From an uncultured Thermodesulfobacteriota bacterium (GTDB lineage: Bacteria > Desulfobacterota > WTBG01): a stretch of 46,457 bases of DNA. Positions 1-8,656 of this stretch are shown in pieces. The stretch spans positions 28,721 to 75,177 of the forward strand of contig CAZWCD010000001.1 of NCBI GenBank assembly GCA_964632275.1, in the 5' to 3' direction. The translations under genes and the position numbers were made by a program. Numbering within the stretch: position 1 is the stretch's first letter; each line of letters begins with the position of its first letter. The notes under the pieces are model-generated. The model worked only from the letters and a program-made list of their open reading frames with translations. It was not told where the DNA came from and made no database searches.

Positions 1-54
1 ATGGCCAGTGCTCCTCATAGTTTATATAACACCTGCCGCCCGCAAAAACTTGCT

Positions 55-669
55 TCAGGGTGCGTTGTAGGGTTTCAGCCGTTCCTTGAGGCTGCTCATG
101 GCGCGAAATATCAATGATTCAACCGCCGACACCGAACACCCCAGCGACCGGGCGATCTCACCGTAGGACAGCCCTTCAAAACGGAAGAGAATAACCGCCA
201 TGCGCTGCCGGTCGGGCAGTCCGGCGAGGGCGTGCTGAACCGCAGCCTTCAGTTCCTCCTGCTGCAGCCTTTGCTCGGCAGACACATCCTGCCCTGCCCC
301 TTGCGATGATTGATCAGCGACATCTGCCGCTGACAGGGCGGGGTCCAGGGCGCCGTCGTATTTATGCTTTTTCCGGCCGCGGTGGAAATTAAAACAGTGG
401 TTGGCGACAACCTTGTAGAGCCAGGTTTTGAACTGGGCGCGGGGCGCATAACTTCCCGCGGCCCGGTATATTTTTAGAAAAATATCCTGGGCCAGATCTT
501 CCGCTTCATGGTGCATGCCGGTATAGCGGTAGATCATCCGCATGACCGGCATCTGGTGCTTTTCCATTAAAAGTCTGAACGCACCGGTGTCACCCGATCC
601 CGCTTTGAGCATGAGCTGGTTGTCGGGATCAGCAAGGAAGCTGTTTTTATCGTTCCGTTTCCATCTCAC
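55..669 (-). CDS. ECF-type RNA polymerase sigma factor (sigma-70 family, group 4)
   Basis: 204-aa ORF. Region 2-like 'DLAQDIFLKIYRA...FKTWLYKVVANHC' and region 4 HTH 'LSYGEIARSLGCSVSAVESLIFRA'. Its 5' end overlaps the upstream acyltransferase ORF by 23 nt. Confidence 0.85.
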   Translation of the reverse strand: MRWKRNDKNSFLADPDNQLMLKAGSGDTGAFRLLMEKHQMPVMRMIYRYTGMHHEAEDLAQDIFLKIYRAAGSYAPRAQFKTWLYKVVANHCFNFHRGRKKHKYDGALDPALSAADVADQSSQGAGQDVSAEQRLQQEELKAAVQHALAGLPDRQRMAVILFRFEGLSYGEIARSLGCSVSAVESLIFRAMSSLKERLKPYNAP

Positions 670-1294
670 TTAACCGGGCTATCGCCTCCATGACCATGCG
701 GGTAAACGCCGGCGCCCCGTCCGCCTGCTCGGCATAGAGCGGGGTACCGATGGTAATGGTTACCCGCTTCCGCAGTTTTTCCCTTCCGTACACAATGCCA
801 ACGGGGACGAAGGGTATGGGCGCGGGGTATTTCTCCCGCTCCTGGAATGTAAGGATCATGCCGATCAACCGTGACTTCCCCTTCCCCATTACTCCGCGGT
901 AGTAGGTTCCCTCGGGGAAAAGGACCACCCGCTCCCCCTTTTTGAGAAGATCAGCAAGGCATCTGAAGGACTCCATGCTTTTTATCGGGGCCTGCCGGTT
1001 GAGGGGAATACCGCCGAGCGCCCGTAAAAAATGGCTTATTAAAGGGAACCTGAAAAGTTCCTGTTTGGCAATATAGTTAAGCTGCACCCCGGAAAAGGCA
1101 AGACCGATGAGCGGGATATCCGTCCAGTACTGGTGTTTGGGGAGAATGACCGCAGGCCCGGCATCAGGCAGGTTGTCTCTTCCGGACACCTCAAGGCGAT
1201 AGCAAACGGCGCACCAGCAGGGGACGATCACCTTCATGAGACCGTAGACAGCGTTCCTCACCGGAGATCCGGGCGGCATCAATGTGACTGTCAT
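647..1294 (-). CDS. 1-acyl-sn-glycerol-3-phosphate acyltransferase family protein (PlsC-like)
   Basis: 215-aa ORF with the acyltransferase H-x4-D motif ('HQYWTD') and the 'FPEGT' motif. Confidence 0.8.
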   Translation of the reverse strand: MTVTLMPPGSPVRNAVYGLMKVIVPCWCAVCYRLEVSGRDNLPDAGPAVILPKHQYWTDIPLIGLAFSGVQLNYIAKQELFRFPLISHFLRALGGIPLNRQAPIKSMESFRCLADLLKKGERVVLFPEGTYYRGVMGKGKSRLIGMILTFQEREKYPAPIPFVPVGIVYGREKLRKRVTITIGTPLYAEQADGAPAFTRMVMEAIARLSEMETER

Positions 1295-1365
1295 GGGCTT
1301 GGTTCCCCTTCTTCTGCGCTTGATGCTAAAACCTTTTATGGATGCATGTCAAGGAAATGTTTGTC

Positions 1366-1394
1366 TTGATTATTGCTGGAATTTTTTCTATAAT
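1366..1394 (+). promoter_or_regulatory. sigma-70-type promoter candidate for hrcA-grpE-dnaJ
   Basis: TTGATT (1366-1371), 17-nt spacer, TATAAT (1389-1394), about 120 nt upstream of the hrcA GTG start. Confidence 0.45.
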
Positions 1395-1514
1395 TAGTCA
1401 TGCACAAGCGAGTGCGTTTGCATCGCGCGTAAAGAAAAGTCCAGTTTTATCATATAATTGCCGGTGTTGCTTCCTGCGGCGGAACGGATGAACCGGTAAG
1501 GAGCTTGAGAGAAG

Positions 1515-2564
1515 GTGAACGAGTTTCTGCTTAATGATCGGGACAGGCAGATCCTGACCTCGGTGATCAATGAATATATTTTGACCGCGGAACCGGTGGG
1601 GTCACGCAACGTCTCCCGGCGCTATGACATCAACCTGAGCTCTGCAACCATACGGAATGTCATGTCCGACCTGGAGGAAATGGGGTTTCTTCACCAGCCC
1701 CACACATCCGCCGGCAGGATTCCCACCGAAAAAGGGCTGCGCTTCTACGTGGACAGCATATTGAAGGTAAAGAGCCTGGACCAGCGGGAGAAGGACCGCA
1801 TCAGGAAACAGTATAAATTTTCCGAACTGGAGGCGTCTGATCTTGTCAAACAGACATCGGAGGTGCTCTCGGTGCTTTCCCGCCACGTCAGCATTGTCTC
1901 AGCGCCGAAGCTGGTGGGCACGGTTCTCAAGCACATTGAATTTATCAAGATAAGCAGCAACCGCATTCTGGTGATCTTCGTTTCCCAGTCGGGATTTGTG
2001 CAGAACCGCATCATAGAAGATAAGGATGATATTGCCCAGTCCGAGCTGGACAAATATACCAATTATCTGAGTGAAGTGCTGGTGGGGGTGAGCCTGGAGC
2101 AGGTGCGCGGCAAAATTGCCGAGGAGATGAAAAATCAAAAGGCGGCCTATGACCGGCTACTCTCCCGGGCGCTGGAGTTGACGCAAAAGGTCTTCGGCAA
2201 GGAGAAAGAGCCGGAGCTTTTCATGGAGGGCCAGGTCAATCTGCTGGAGTGCCCGGAGTTTTCGGAAGCGGGAACCATGAAAACCATCCTCCAGGCCCTT
2301 GAGGAAAAGAAGCTGCTTTTGCATCTGCTGGACACGACCATGGGCGCCGAGGGCATACAGATATTCATCGGCTCGGAGGTTCCGGTCTCGGAAATGCAGA
2401 CCCTGAGCGTGATTACCTCGCCCTACCGGCACGGTGAGAAGGTGGTGGGCGCACTGGGGATTATCGGCCCCACCCGGATGAATTATCTGAAGCTGATACC
2501 GATCGTCGAATATTCAGCCCAGCTGCTTACCGAATTCTTCAATGGTAAAGGAAGCCAGTTATAA
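1515..2564 (+). CDS. hrcA: heat-inducible transcription repressor HrcA
   Basis: 349-aa ORF with GTG start. N-terminal winged-helix region 'RQILTSVINEYILTAEPVGSRNVSR', typical HrcA length, directly followed by grpE. Confidence 0.9.
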   Translation: MNEFLLNDRDRQILTSVINEYILTAEPVGSRNVSRRYDINLSSATIRNVMSDLEEMGFLHQPHTSAGRIPTEKGLRFYVDSILKVKSLDQREKDRIRKQYKFSELEASDLVKQTSEVLSVLSRHVSIVSAPKLVGTVLKHIEFIKISSNRILVIFVSQSGFVQNRIIEDKDDIAQSELDKYTNYLSEVLVGVSLEQVRGKIAEEMKNQKAAYDRLLSRALELTQKVFGKEKEPELFMEGQVNLLECPEFSEAGTMKTILQALEEKKLLLHLLDTTMGAEGIQIFIGSEVPVSEMQTLSVITSPYRHGEKVVGALGIIGPTRMNYLKLIPIVEYSAQLLTEFFNGKGSQL

Positions 2565-2578
2565 GAAGGAGTGTTTTT

Positions 2579-3187
2579 ATGACCAGGAAAAAGAATGACC
2601 ATGAAGCCGACAGACACGTGGAAGGCAGTGCTCAGGAAGCCGGAATGCCGGCGGATGAACCGGCAGGGGAGGAGACCGGTGCGCACGGCAAGCGGGCTGC
2701 GGTTAAGCACCTGCAGGAAGAGCTGAAAGCCAGGGAGGAGGAGGTCAAGAGCCTCAATGACCGGCTGCTGCGCACCCTGGCCGAGTTTGAAAATTACAAG
2801 AAGCGTTCCACCAAGGAAAAAAGCGAGCTGCTGCAATATGCCAATGACGAAATGAGCAGGGAGATGCTGCGGACCGTGGACACGCTTGAGCTCGCCATAA
2901 AGCACGCCCGTGAAGCCAACCAGGCGGAAGGCATCATTGAAGGCATTGAAATGACCCTGAAGCAGCTGCTCAAAAGCCTGGAGCGGTTTGGTGTCACCGG
3001 ATTTAATTCCCTGGGAGAAAAGTTTGATCCGAACCGGCACGAGGCGATGCTGCAGGTGGAAAGCGCAGACCATGAACCGAACACCATCATCGATGAGGCG
3101 CAGAAGGGTTATTTCCTGCGCGACCGGCTACTGCGCCCGGCCCAGGTTACGGTGACCCGGGAGCCGCAGGGCGTGGCGGAAGAATGA
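2579..3187 (+). CDS. grpE: nucleotide exchange factor GrpE
   Basis: 202-aa ORF. GrpE signatures 'LRTLAEFENYKKR' and 'FDPNRHEAM'. Starts 14 nt after hrcA. Confidence 0.92.
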   Translation: MTRKKNDHEADRHVEGSAQEAGMPADEPAGEETGAHGKRAAVKHLQEELKAREEEVKSLNDRLLRTLAEFENYKKRSTKEKSELLQYANDEMSREMLRTVDTLELAIKHAREANQAEGIIEGIEMTLKQLLKSLERFGVTGFNSLGEKFDPNRHEAMLQVESADHEPNTIIDEAQKGYFLRDRLLRPAQVTVTREPQGVAEE

Positions 3188-3435
3188 GCGGGGAGAGACA
3201 TCCGGAATCCGAAGCACGAAATGCAAAACAGTGCCAAAATCCAAATATCAAACGCTCAAAACTGCAACCTCGAAAATCATGAAGGGCGAAGCACGATGCA
3301 TGATACAGGATGCACGATGCAGGTCAAAGAAGCCCCGCTGACCCTGATCCCTGTACGCTGTTCTTTTGACCCTGCACCCTCCGCCCTGAACCCTGAACCC
3401 TTCTAACACTGTCAACTGAGTCCTGCCTCCTGCGT

Positions 3436-4503
3436 ATGCCTGCTTTCAAGCGCGATTATTATGAAATATTGGGCGTCCTTCCCACCGCAAGCCAGCGGGA
3501 AATACAACGAGCCTTTCGTCGCCTTGCCCTGCTGCATCATCCCGACCGCAATCCGCACGACCGCACATCCGAAGAGAAATTCAAGGAAATAGCCGAAGCA
3601 TACGCGATTTTAAACAATCCGCAGATGCGCAACTCCTATGATGAGCGAACCGCATCCGCCGCCGGTTCCGCTGACGAGTTCCGGCGCGCCGGCGCAAGCA
3701 GAGGTAATGGCGCAACGCCTTCCAATGAATTGCTGCGGGATGTTTTCCGGGATATCCTGGGCTATCCCATCAGGAGTCGACAGAAAGGAGCGAGGGGTGA
3801 AGATCTCAGGTATCACCTTTCCATTCCTTTTGAAGTCGCCGCGCTGGGCGGGCAGGTCGAAATAAACATACCCTATTACACCATGTGCCCGTCCTGCCAG
3901 GGACTCAGGACAAGGCCCGGCAACATCTTCAAGCAATGCCCCCGCTGCAAGGGAACGGGAACGACAAACGTGAAGCGGGGGAAGCGCAGCGCGGAAGCGG
4001 CGTGTAAACAATGCGGGGGGAAGGGAAAGGTTATACGAAAGCCCTGCATGTATTGCAAGGGGAAGGGCAGGCTAAAGCATCCCCGCCTGCTTGCCTTCAG
4101 CATTCCGCCCGGGGTGAGAACGGGCGCGCGGCTGAAGATGCTCAACCGGGGCAACCGGGGCACCAACGGAGGAGCGGCAGGCGACCTCTACATTGTGATC
4201 AATGTGAATCCCCATCCCTTGCTGGACCGGGAAGGGGATGATGTTGTGTTCCATCTTGCCATCAGCTTTTCCCAGGCGAGCCTTGGAGACCGGGTGACCG
4301 TGCCCACCCTCGACGGGGATGTGGTGATGGACATACCGCCCGGGACCCAGCCGGGTGAGATTCTGCGCCTTAAACAGCGGGGCATTCCCTCCGCCCGGGG
4401 CGCCGGGCGCGGTGATCAGCAGATCATCATCCAGGTAACCACACCCCCCAAATTAACCGCACGGCAACGAAGCCTGCTCAGGCAATTCGCCCGGATGGAT
4501 TAG
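3436..4503 (+). CDS. dnaJ: DnaJ-class molecular chaperone (J domain plus zinc finger)
   Basis: 355 aa. J domain with HPD ('LLHHPDRNP'). Four zinc-finger Cys pairs (CPSCQG, CPRCKGTG, CKQCGGKG, CMYCKGKG). C-terminal DnaJ substrate-binding region. The G/F-rich linker is short, so this could be a dnaJ paralog. Confidence 0.85.
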   Translation: MPAFKRDYYEILGVLPTASQREIQRAFRRLALLHHPDRNPHDRTSEEKFKEIAEAYAILNNPQMRNSYDERTASAAGSADEFRRAGASRGNGATPSNELLRDVFRDILGYPIRSRQKGARGEDLRYHLSIPFEVAALGGQVEINIPYYTMCPSCQGLRTRPGNIFKQCPRCKGTGTTNVKRGKRSAEAACKQCGGKGKVIRKPCMYCKGKGRLKHPRLLAFSIPPGVRTGARLKMLNRGNRGTNGGAAGDLYIVINVNPHPLLDREGDDVVFHLAISFSQASLGDRVTVPTLDGDVVMDIPPGTQPGEILRLKQRGIPSARGAGRGDQQIIIQVTTPPKLTARQRSLLRQFARMD

Positions 4504-4574
4504 CGGGCTGTTGCAAAACGCCCATCTGATGTGTGGCTAAAAAACCCCTTCCCTGTGAGCCTTGAAACAACCGG

Positions 4575-5330
4575 TCAGACCGCGTCCTCTGCCTCGCTTG
4601 CCTGTTCCGGTTTATTTTTTCTGCCGAAGACCCTGGCCACGATAACGCTTATTTCGTACAGCACGAGCAGGGGCGCTGCCATGAGGCACTGGCTGAAGAC
4701 ATCGGGCGGGGTGAGAACGGCGGCAACGATAAAGATGATGACGATGGCAAATTTTCTCTGCTGGCGGAGCATCCGCTCGGTTACCAGACCCAGCTTGGCA
4801 AGAAACAGTATGAACACCGGCAGCTCAAAAATGACGCCGAAGGCGAGCAGTATCTGGAACGCAAAGGAGAGATATTCTTTCATGGCCGGCAGGGGTTTCA
4901 GCGTGTCGGTGCTGTAGCTCATGAAAAATTTGAAGGAGAAGGGAAACACCACCAGGTAGCAGAAGGCGACCCCGGCAAAGAAGAGCAGGCTTGCGGAAAT
5001 GACGAAGGGAAAGACGTACTTTTTCTCATGATCGTACAAACCGGGGGCGACGAAGCACCAGATCTCCCAGAGAATGACCGGGCTGGCCAGGATCAGGCCC
5101 GCGTAGAATCCCAGCTTTAAGTAGACGACAAAGGCTTCGGTCAGGCCGGTAAAAATGAGCCAGCTTTCGGAAGGAAGCTGGTCTTTCAGCGGCTTCACCA
5201 GCAGGGCGAAAATATGTTCGGCAAAGTTGTAGGAGAGTAAAAATCCCGCGGCAACGGCGATGAGACAGATGATGATTCTCTTGCGGAGCTCTTCCAGGTG
5301 GCTGGTAAAGGGAATTTTTTCGTCGGCCAT
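4575..5330 (-). CDS. tatC: twin-arginine translocase subunit TatC
   Basis: 251-aa polytopic membrane ORF. N-terminal 'FTSHLEELRKR' TatC signature. Lies immediately downstream of a TatA/B-family gene. Confidence 0.92.
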   Translation of the reverse strand: MADEKIPFTSHLEELRKRIIICLIAVAAGFLLSYNFAEHIFALLVKPLKDQLPSESWLIFTGLTEAFVVYLKLGFYAGLILASPVILWEIWCFVAPGLYDHEKKYVFPFVISASLLFFAGVAFCYLVVFPFSFKFFMSYSTDTLKPLPAMKEYLSFAFQILLAFGVIFELPVFILFLAKLGLVTERMLRQQRKFAIVIIFIVAAVLTPPDVFSQCLMAAPLLVLYEISVIVARVFGRKNKPEQASEAEDAV

Positions 5331-5338
5331 GAACAGGA

Positions 5339-5629
5339 TCAGCCCTTGTCCTCTTTGTCAGTTGCTTCCGGAGCGGCCGCGGCCGGCGCATTCGAAGGTG
5401 CAGGCATGTCCTGCGTGGCCCTGGCCTGCCTGATTTCCTGCACCAGCCGGTCCCGCTCTTCCCGCAGACCGTTGATGTCCAGGTCTTCCTTCAAATCATC
5501 AGCGGCGCGTTTAAATTCACCGATGGCCCTTCCCAGCGCCCGCGCCAGGTCCGGCAGCTTCTTCGGCCCGATGACGATCAGGGCCACCACCAGGATCACG
5601 ATAACTTCCTGCATTCCGACGCCAAACAT
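5339..5629 (-). CDS. twin-arginine translocase TatA/TatB-family protein (TatB-like N-terminus)
   Basis: The ORF track starts at 5692. An RBS GAGGT plus ATG at 5629 gives '[42 protein letters not shown]', i.e. a TM helix, GP hinge and amphipathic helix. Glu8 resembles TatB. Ala/Pro-rich tail; 96 aa. Confidence 0.85.
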   Translation of the reverse strand: MFGVGMQEVIVILVVALIVIGPKKLPDLARALGRAIGEFKRAADDLKEDLDINGLREERDRLVQEIRQARATQDMPAPSNAPAAAAPEATDKEDKG

Positions 5630-5855
5630 AACCGTACCTCTTCCCTCGACCAGGATAACACAATAACTATAACCTTTTCCCCGGGCTGTCAAGCTCTCTA
5701 TTGGATGAGTCCTTGTAATATAACGGCCGATCTGCTATAGTGCGCGCGAGCTGGAACAGCAACGCAGGGCCGGCCCATTGAAGCGCCCGGTATGCTCCCG
5801 GCAGCGCATCGCTCATCATCCCCGCAGTACAAAACCCATCAGGGAAAGGCACGGC

Positions 5856-6926
5856 ATGGCGCCCAAAACCGCGGTTGTCAAGGACCCCATATACCTCCAG
5901 CACCGAACCGGAGACTATCATCCCGAGAGCCACCACCGGCTGGAGGTGATTTATGATATGCTCAAGGAAACCAGTCTCCAGGGGAGGTTCGCCGAGATTG
6001 CGCCGCGACCGGCTACCGAGGCGGAACTGGAGCTCAATCATTCCCCGGACTATATTCAGCAGGTCGCCGGAACCGCGGGACGGGATTTTACCAGCCTGGA
6101 CCCCGACACCAGCACCTCCCCGCGCTCGTGGGAGGCCGCCCAGATGGCGGCGGGAGGGGTCATGGTGGCGATTGACCGGGTCATGCAGGGTGAGTTTGAC
6201 AGCTGCTTCGCGCTGGTCAGGCCGCCGGGCCACCACGCGGAAAAGAGCTGGGGAAAGGGTTTCTGCCTTTTCAATAACATCGCCATCGGCGCGCACTATG
6301 CGCTCAAGCAGTACGGCCTGGAGCGCATTTTGATCGTGGACTGGGACCTGCATCACGGCAACGGGACGCAGCATTCGTTTTATACTGACCCGCGGGTGCT
6401 GTTTTTTTCCACCCACCAGTATCCCTACTACCCGGGGAGCGGCAGCCTGGGTGAGGCGGGCGAGGGGCGCGGATTGGGGTTTACCGTGAATGTCCCTCTT
6501 TCCGGCGGACAGGGTGATGCAGACTTTCTGGAAATCTACCGGGTGCTGCTGAAGCCGCTGGCGCTTTCGTTCAAGCCGCAGCTGGTGCTGGTCTCGGCAG
6601 GCTATGACATCTATTTTGATGATCCCCTCGGCGGCATGGAAGTCACGCCCGAAGGTTTCGCGGCGATTACCGGCTGTATCATGGACCTTGCGCAGGCAAC
6701 CTGTCAGGGTAAAGTGGTGCTGAGCCTGGAAGGGGGGTATCATCTGGAAGGCCTGCGCAAATCGGTAAAAGCAACGATACAGCAGCTGGCGGGAGACGCC
6801 ATCGCCCAAGAGAAAAAGGTGGAAGGAAAAGTACTGGGCAGCACCGCCAAAATCATTGAGGCGGTGAGAAAGGTCCAGAAGGATTACTGGAAGTGTCTAT
6901 CGGGGGTGCAGGCTAAAAAAATGTAA
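5856..6926 (+). CDS. histone deacetylase / acetoin-utilization (AcuC) family deacetylase
   Basis: 'RPPGHHAE', 'VDWDLHHGNGTQ', 'FFSTHQYPYYPGSG' and 'EGGY' motifs. Start moved from 5778 to the ATG at 5856, which has an AAAGG RBS ('MAPKTAVVKDPIYLQH'). Confidence 0.85.
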   Translation: MAPKTAVVKDPIYLQHRTGDYHPESHHRLEVIYDMLKETSLQGRFAEIAPRPATEAELELNHSPDYIQQVAGTAGRDFTSLDPDTSTSPRSWEAAQMAAGGVMVAIDRVMQGEFDSCFALVRPPGHHAEKSWGKGFCLFNNIAIGAHYALKQYGLERILIVDWDLHHGNGTQHSFYTDPRVLFFSTHQYPYYPGSGSLGEAGEGRGLGFTVNVPLSGGQGDADFLEIYRVLLKPLALSFKPQLVLVSAGYDIYFDDPLGGMEVTPEGFAAITGCIMDLAQATCQGKVVLSLEGGYHLEGLRKSVKATIQQLAGDAIAQEKKVEGKVLGSTAKIIEAVRKVQKDYWKCLSGVQAKKM

Positions 6927-7094
6927 CCACGAAGAGCACGCAGGAAAAACTACAAAGCGCACGAAGGACGAAACCAAAACGTTATATATGACAATTCTCA
7001 GACGTGCATGCGCGACTGAGAATTGAAGAGTTCGGCGTTTTTGGTTGCTTTCTTCGTGTACTCATTCTTGGCTTTTTCTTCGTGCTTCGTGGTT
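6925..7094. repeat. compound inverted repeat (long imperfect hairpin) built from CACGAAG units; probable bidirectional terminator or REP/MITE-like element
   Basis: Left arm 6925-6981 and right arm 7036-7094 are imperfect reverse complements; the outer 10 bp AACCACGAAG/CTTCGTGGTT are perfect. There is an inner perfect 10-bp stem CAATTCTCAG (6992-7001) / CTGAGAATTG (7016-7025). The element sits between convergent genes and starts at the deacetylase stop codon. Confidence 0.7.
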
Positions 7095-7168
7095 GCTTTT
7101 CTTAGTTGGTGGTTAACAGGAATGCCTCATTCACCGACGACCGTGTACTGTAAACTGTTTTCCTCCTT

Positions 7169-8656
7169 CTACAGCTCGGAATTCACCCGGTATCCTCCCT
7201 GCGCCTTGTCGCGATACAGCACCTTATCCGCCTTGCGCACCAGCGTGTGTTCGTTTCCGATGAGATCACTGGTGATGTCGGCAACCCCGGTGCTTACCGA
7301 TATGGTATGGAATGAGCTGTCGATGCTGACCGGATGACTGCTGACGGTCTTTTTGAGCCGTTCGGCCAGGATTGCCGCTTCCTCCGCCCTGGTCTCCGGA
7401 AGTATGACGGCGAACTCATCACCGCCATACCGCGCCAGAAAATCAATATCCCGGATGGAACTCTGCAGCTGCGCCGCCAGCACTTTCAGCACGCTGTCGC
7501 CGGCTTCATGGCCATAGGTGTCGTTGATCGCCTTGAACCCGTCCACATCAAGCATGATCAGCGAGAGTGGTTTCTGGTATCGCTTGGACCGGCGCAGCTC
7601 CCGGTCCAGCACCTTCTGAAATGCCCGGCGATTGTAAATGCCGGTCAGCTCATCGGTGATGGCAAGCGACTGCACCTTCTGGTGCTCCGCGGCATTTTTC
7701 AGCGCCAGCGCCATTTGGTTGGCAATGGTTGAAATAAGCTGCATCTGGCTTCTGCCGGGCTTCTGTGCTCCGGTGAGTCCCATGATCCCCAGGACGTTGC
7801 CGGCTACCTGCAGCGGCAGAAACCGCGTGTTATCAACGGCCGGGAGCGTTTTTTCAGCATGCGCCCGGTGATGGCACTTTATTTTAATCACCCGGGTTTG
7901 CACATCGCCGGCATTCAGTTTTTTACCGCAATAGCGCGCGTATTCCCGGATGGCGTCGCCGGTGAGCTGTTCCACAATTTCAACCCGTATGGGCGCGGCG
8001 CAGGTGCACACGGTCAAGAACAGCTCCTCACCCAGCGCGTAGAAAAAGGTTACCAGATCATCAACAAAAAGCTCGTTGAACGTGCTGTTGACAACCTTCT
8101 CAATCATCTTGTGCGCATCAAGGGTGGAATTGATCTGAAGGCTGAGCTGATTGAGCAACGTGAGCTTTTGGTTGATTTTCTTGAGGGAGAGCTTTTCTTT
8201 CCGCAGCTTCTCACTCTGCCGTTTGAGCTCGCTGTTGGTTTTCTTCAACCTGCCGTCGATTTCCAGAATTTTGAGAAGCGCCCGCCTGCTTTCAAGTCCC
8301 TTATGGACAATCTCCCTCAACTGTTTGCGCTCGACCGGTTTGGTAATGAAACTGAAGGCCCCTTCCTGCATCGCCGATACCACCGATGCAAGGTCCGGTT
8401 TCGTCGCCATGCAAATGATGCAGCTCTTGCAGTTGGAAGACTGTATGTCCTTTAGGATGTCAATGCCGCTGAAAGCCGGCATTCTTTGCTCGATAAAAAT
8501 CAGATCAAAATCATCACAGCTCGTATGCAGCTTTTCAAGCGCCAGCCGTGAATCGGACGCTACCTCGACCTGAAGGCCCATGCTGGTAAGCGCCCGGGCC
8601 AATCTTCCCGTGCCTTGCAAATCATTATCGATGATCAGAACCCGATGTGCATCCAT
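7169..8656 (-). CDS. response-regulator receiver / GAF / GGDEF diguanylate cyclase
   Basis: 495 aa. N-terminal CheY-like receiver, a coiled-coil linker, a GAF-like middle region, and a C-terminal 'RYGGDEF' active site with an RxxD I-site ('RDID') five residues upstream. Confidence 0.9.
   Translation of the reverse strand: MDAHRVLIIDNDLQGTGRLARALTSMGLQVEVASDSRLALEKLHTSCDDFDLIFIEQRMPAFSGIDILKDIQSSNCKSCIICMATKPDLASVVSAMQEGAFSFITKPVERKQLREIVHKGLESRRALLKILEIDGRLKKTNSELKRQSEKLRKEKLSLKKINQKLTLLNQLSLQINSTLDAHKMIEKVVNSTFNELFVDDLVTFFYALGEELFLTVCTCAAPIRVEIVEQLTGDAIREYARYCGKKLNAGDVQTRVIKIKCHHRAHAEKTLPAVDNTRFLPLQVAGNVLGIMGLTGAQKPGRSQMQLISTIANQMALALKNAAEHQKVQSLAITDELTGIYNRRAFQKVLDRELRRSKRYQKPLSLIMLDVDGFKAINDTYGHEAGDSVLKVLAAQLQSSIRDIDFLARYGGDEFAVILPETRAEEAAILAERLKKTVSSHPVSIDSSFHTISVSTGVADITSDLIGNEHTLVRKADKVLYRDKAQGGYRVNSEL

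Noticed and set aside
1-54. Possible start of an anti-sigma factor gene downstream of the ECF sigma gene (minus-strand ATG at 16-18)
   Set aside because: Only six codons fall inside the window and there is no clear RBS, so it cannot be evaluated.
1394-1420. Canonical CIRCE operator upstream of hrcA
   Set aside because: Only TTAG and GAGTGC match the TTAGCACTC-N9-GAGTGCTAA consensus. The left arm is diverged, the spacing is 2 nt short, and the two arms are not self-complementary. I report it only as a degenerate candidate.
3221-3406. 61-aa ORF in the grpE-dnaJ spacer
   Set aside because: It is composed of the short repeats of that spacer, has no RBS, and its composition is unlike the neighbouring genes. 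I treat it as non-coding.
5667-6809. 380-aa ORF on the minus strand
   Set aside because: It lies entirely antisense to the deacetylase gene, which has clear family motifs. It is Arg/Gly/Pro-rich with no recognisable motif, as expected for a shadow ORF in GC-rich DNA.
7023-7337. 104-aa ORF with a hydrophobic N-terminus that looks like a membrane or secreted peptide
   Set aside because: The hydrophobic part is simply the translation of the CTTCGTG repeat arm of the 6925-7094 hairpin. The rest is antisense to the 3' end of the GGDEF gene.
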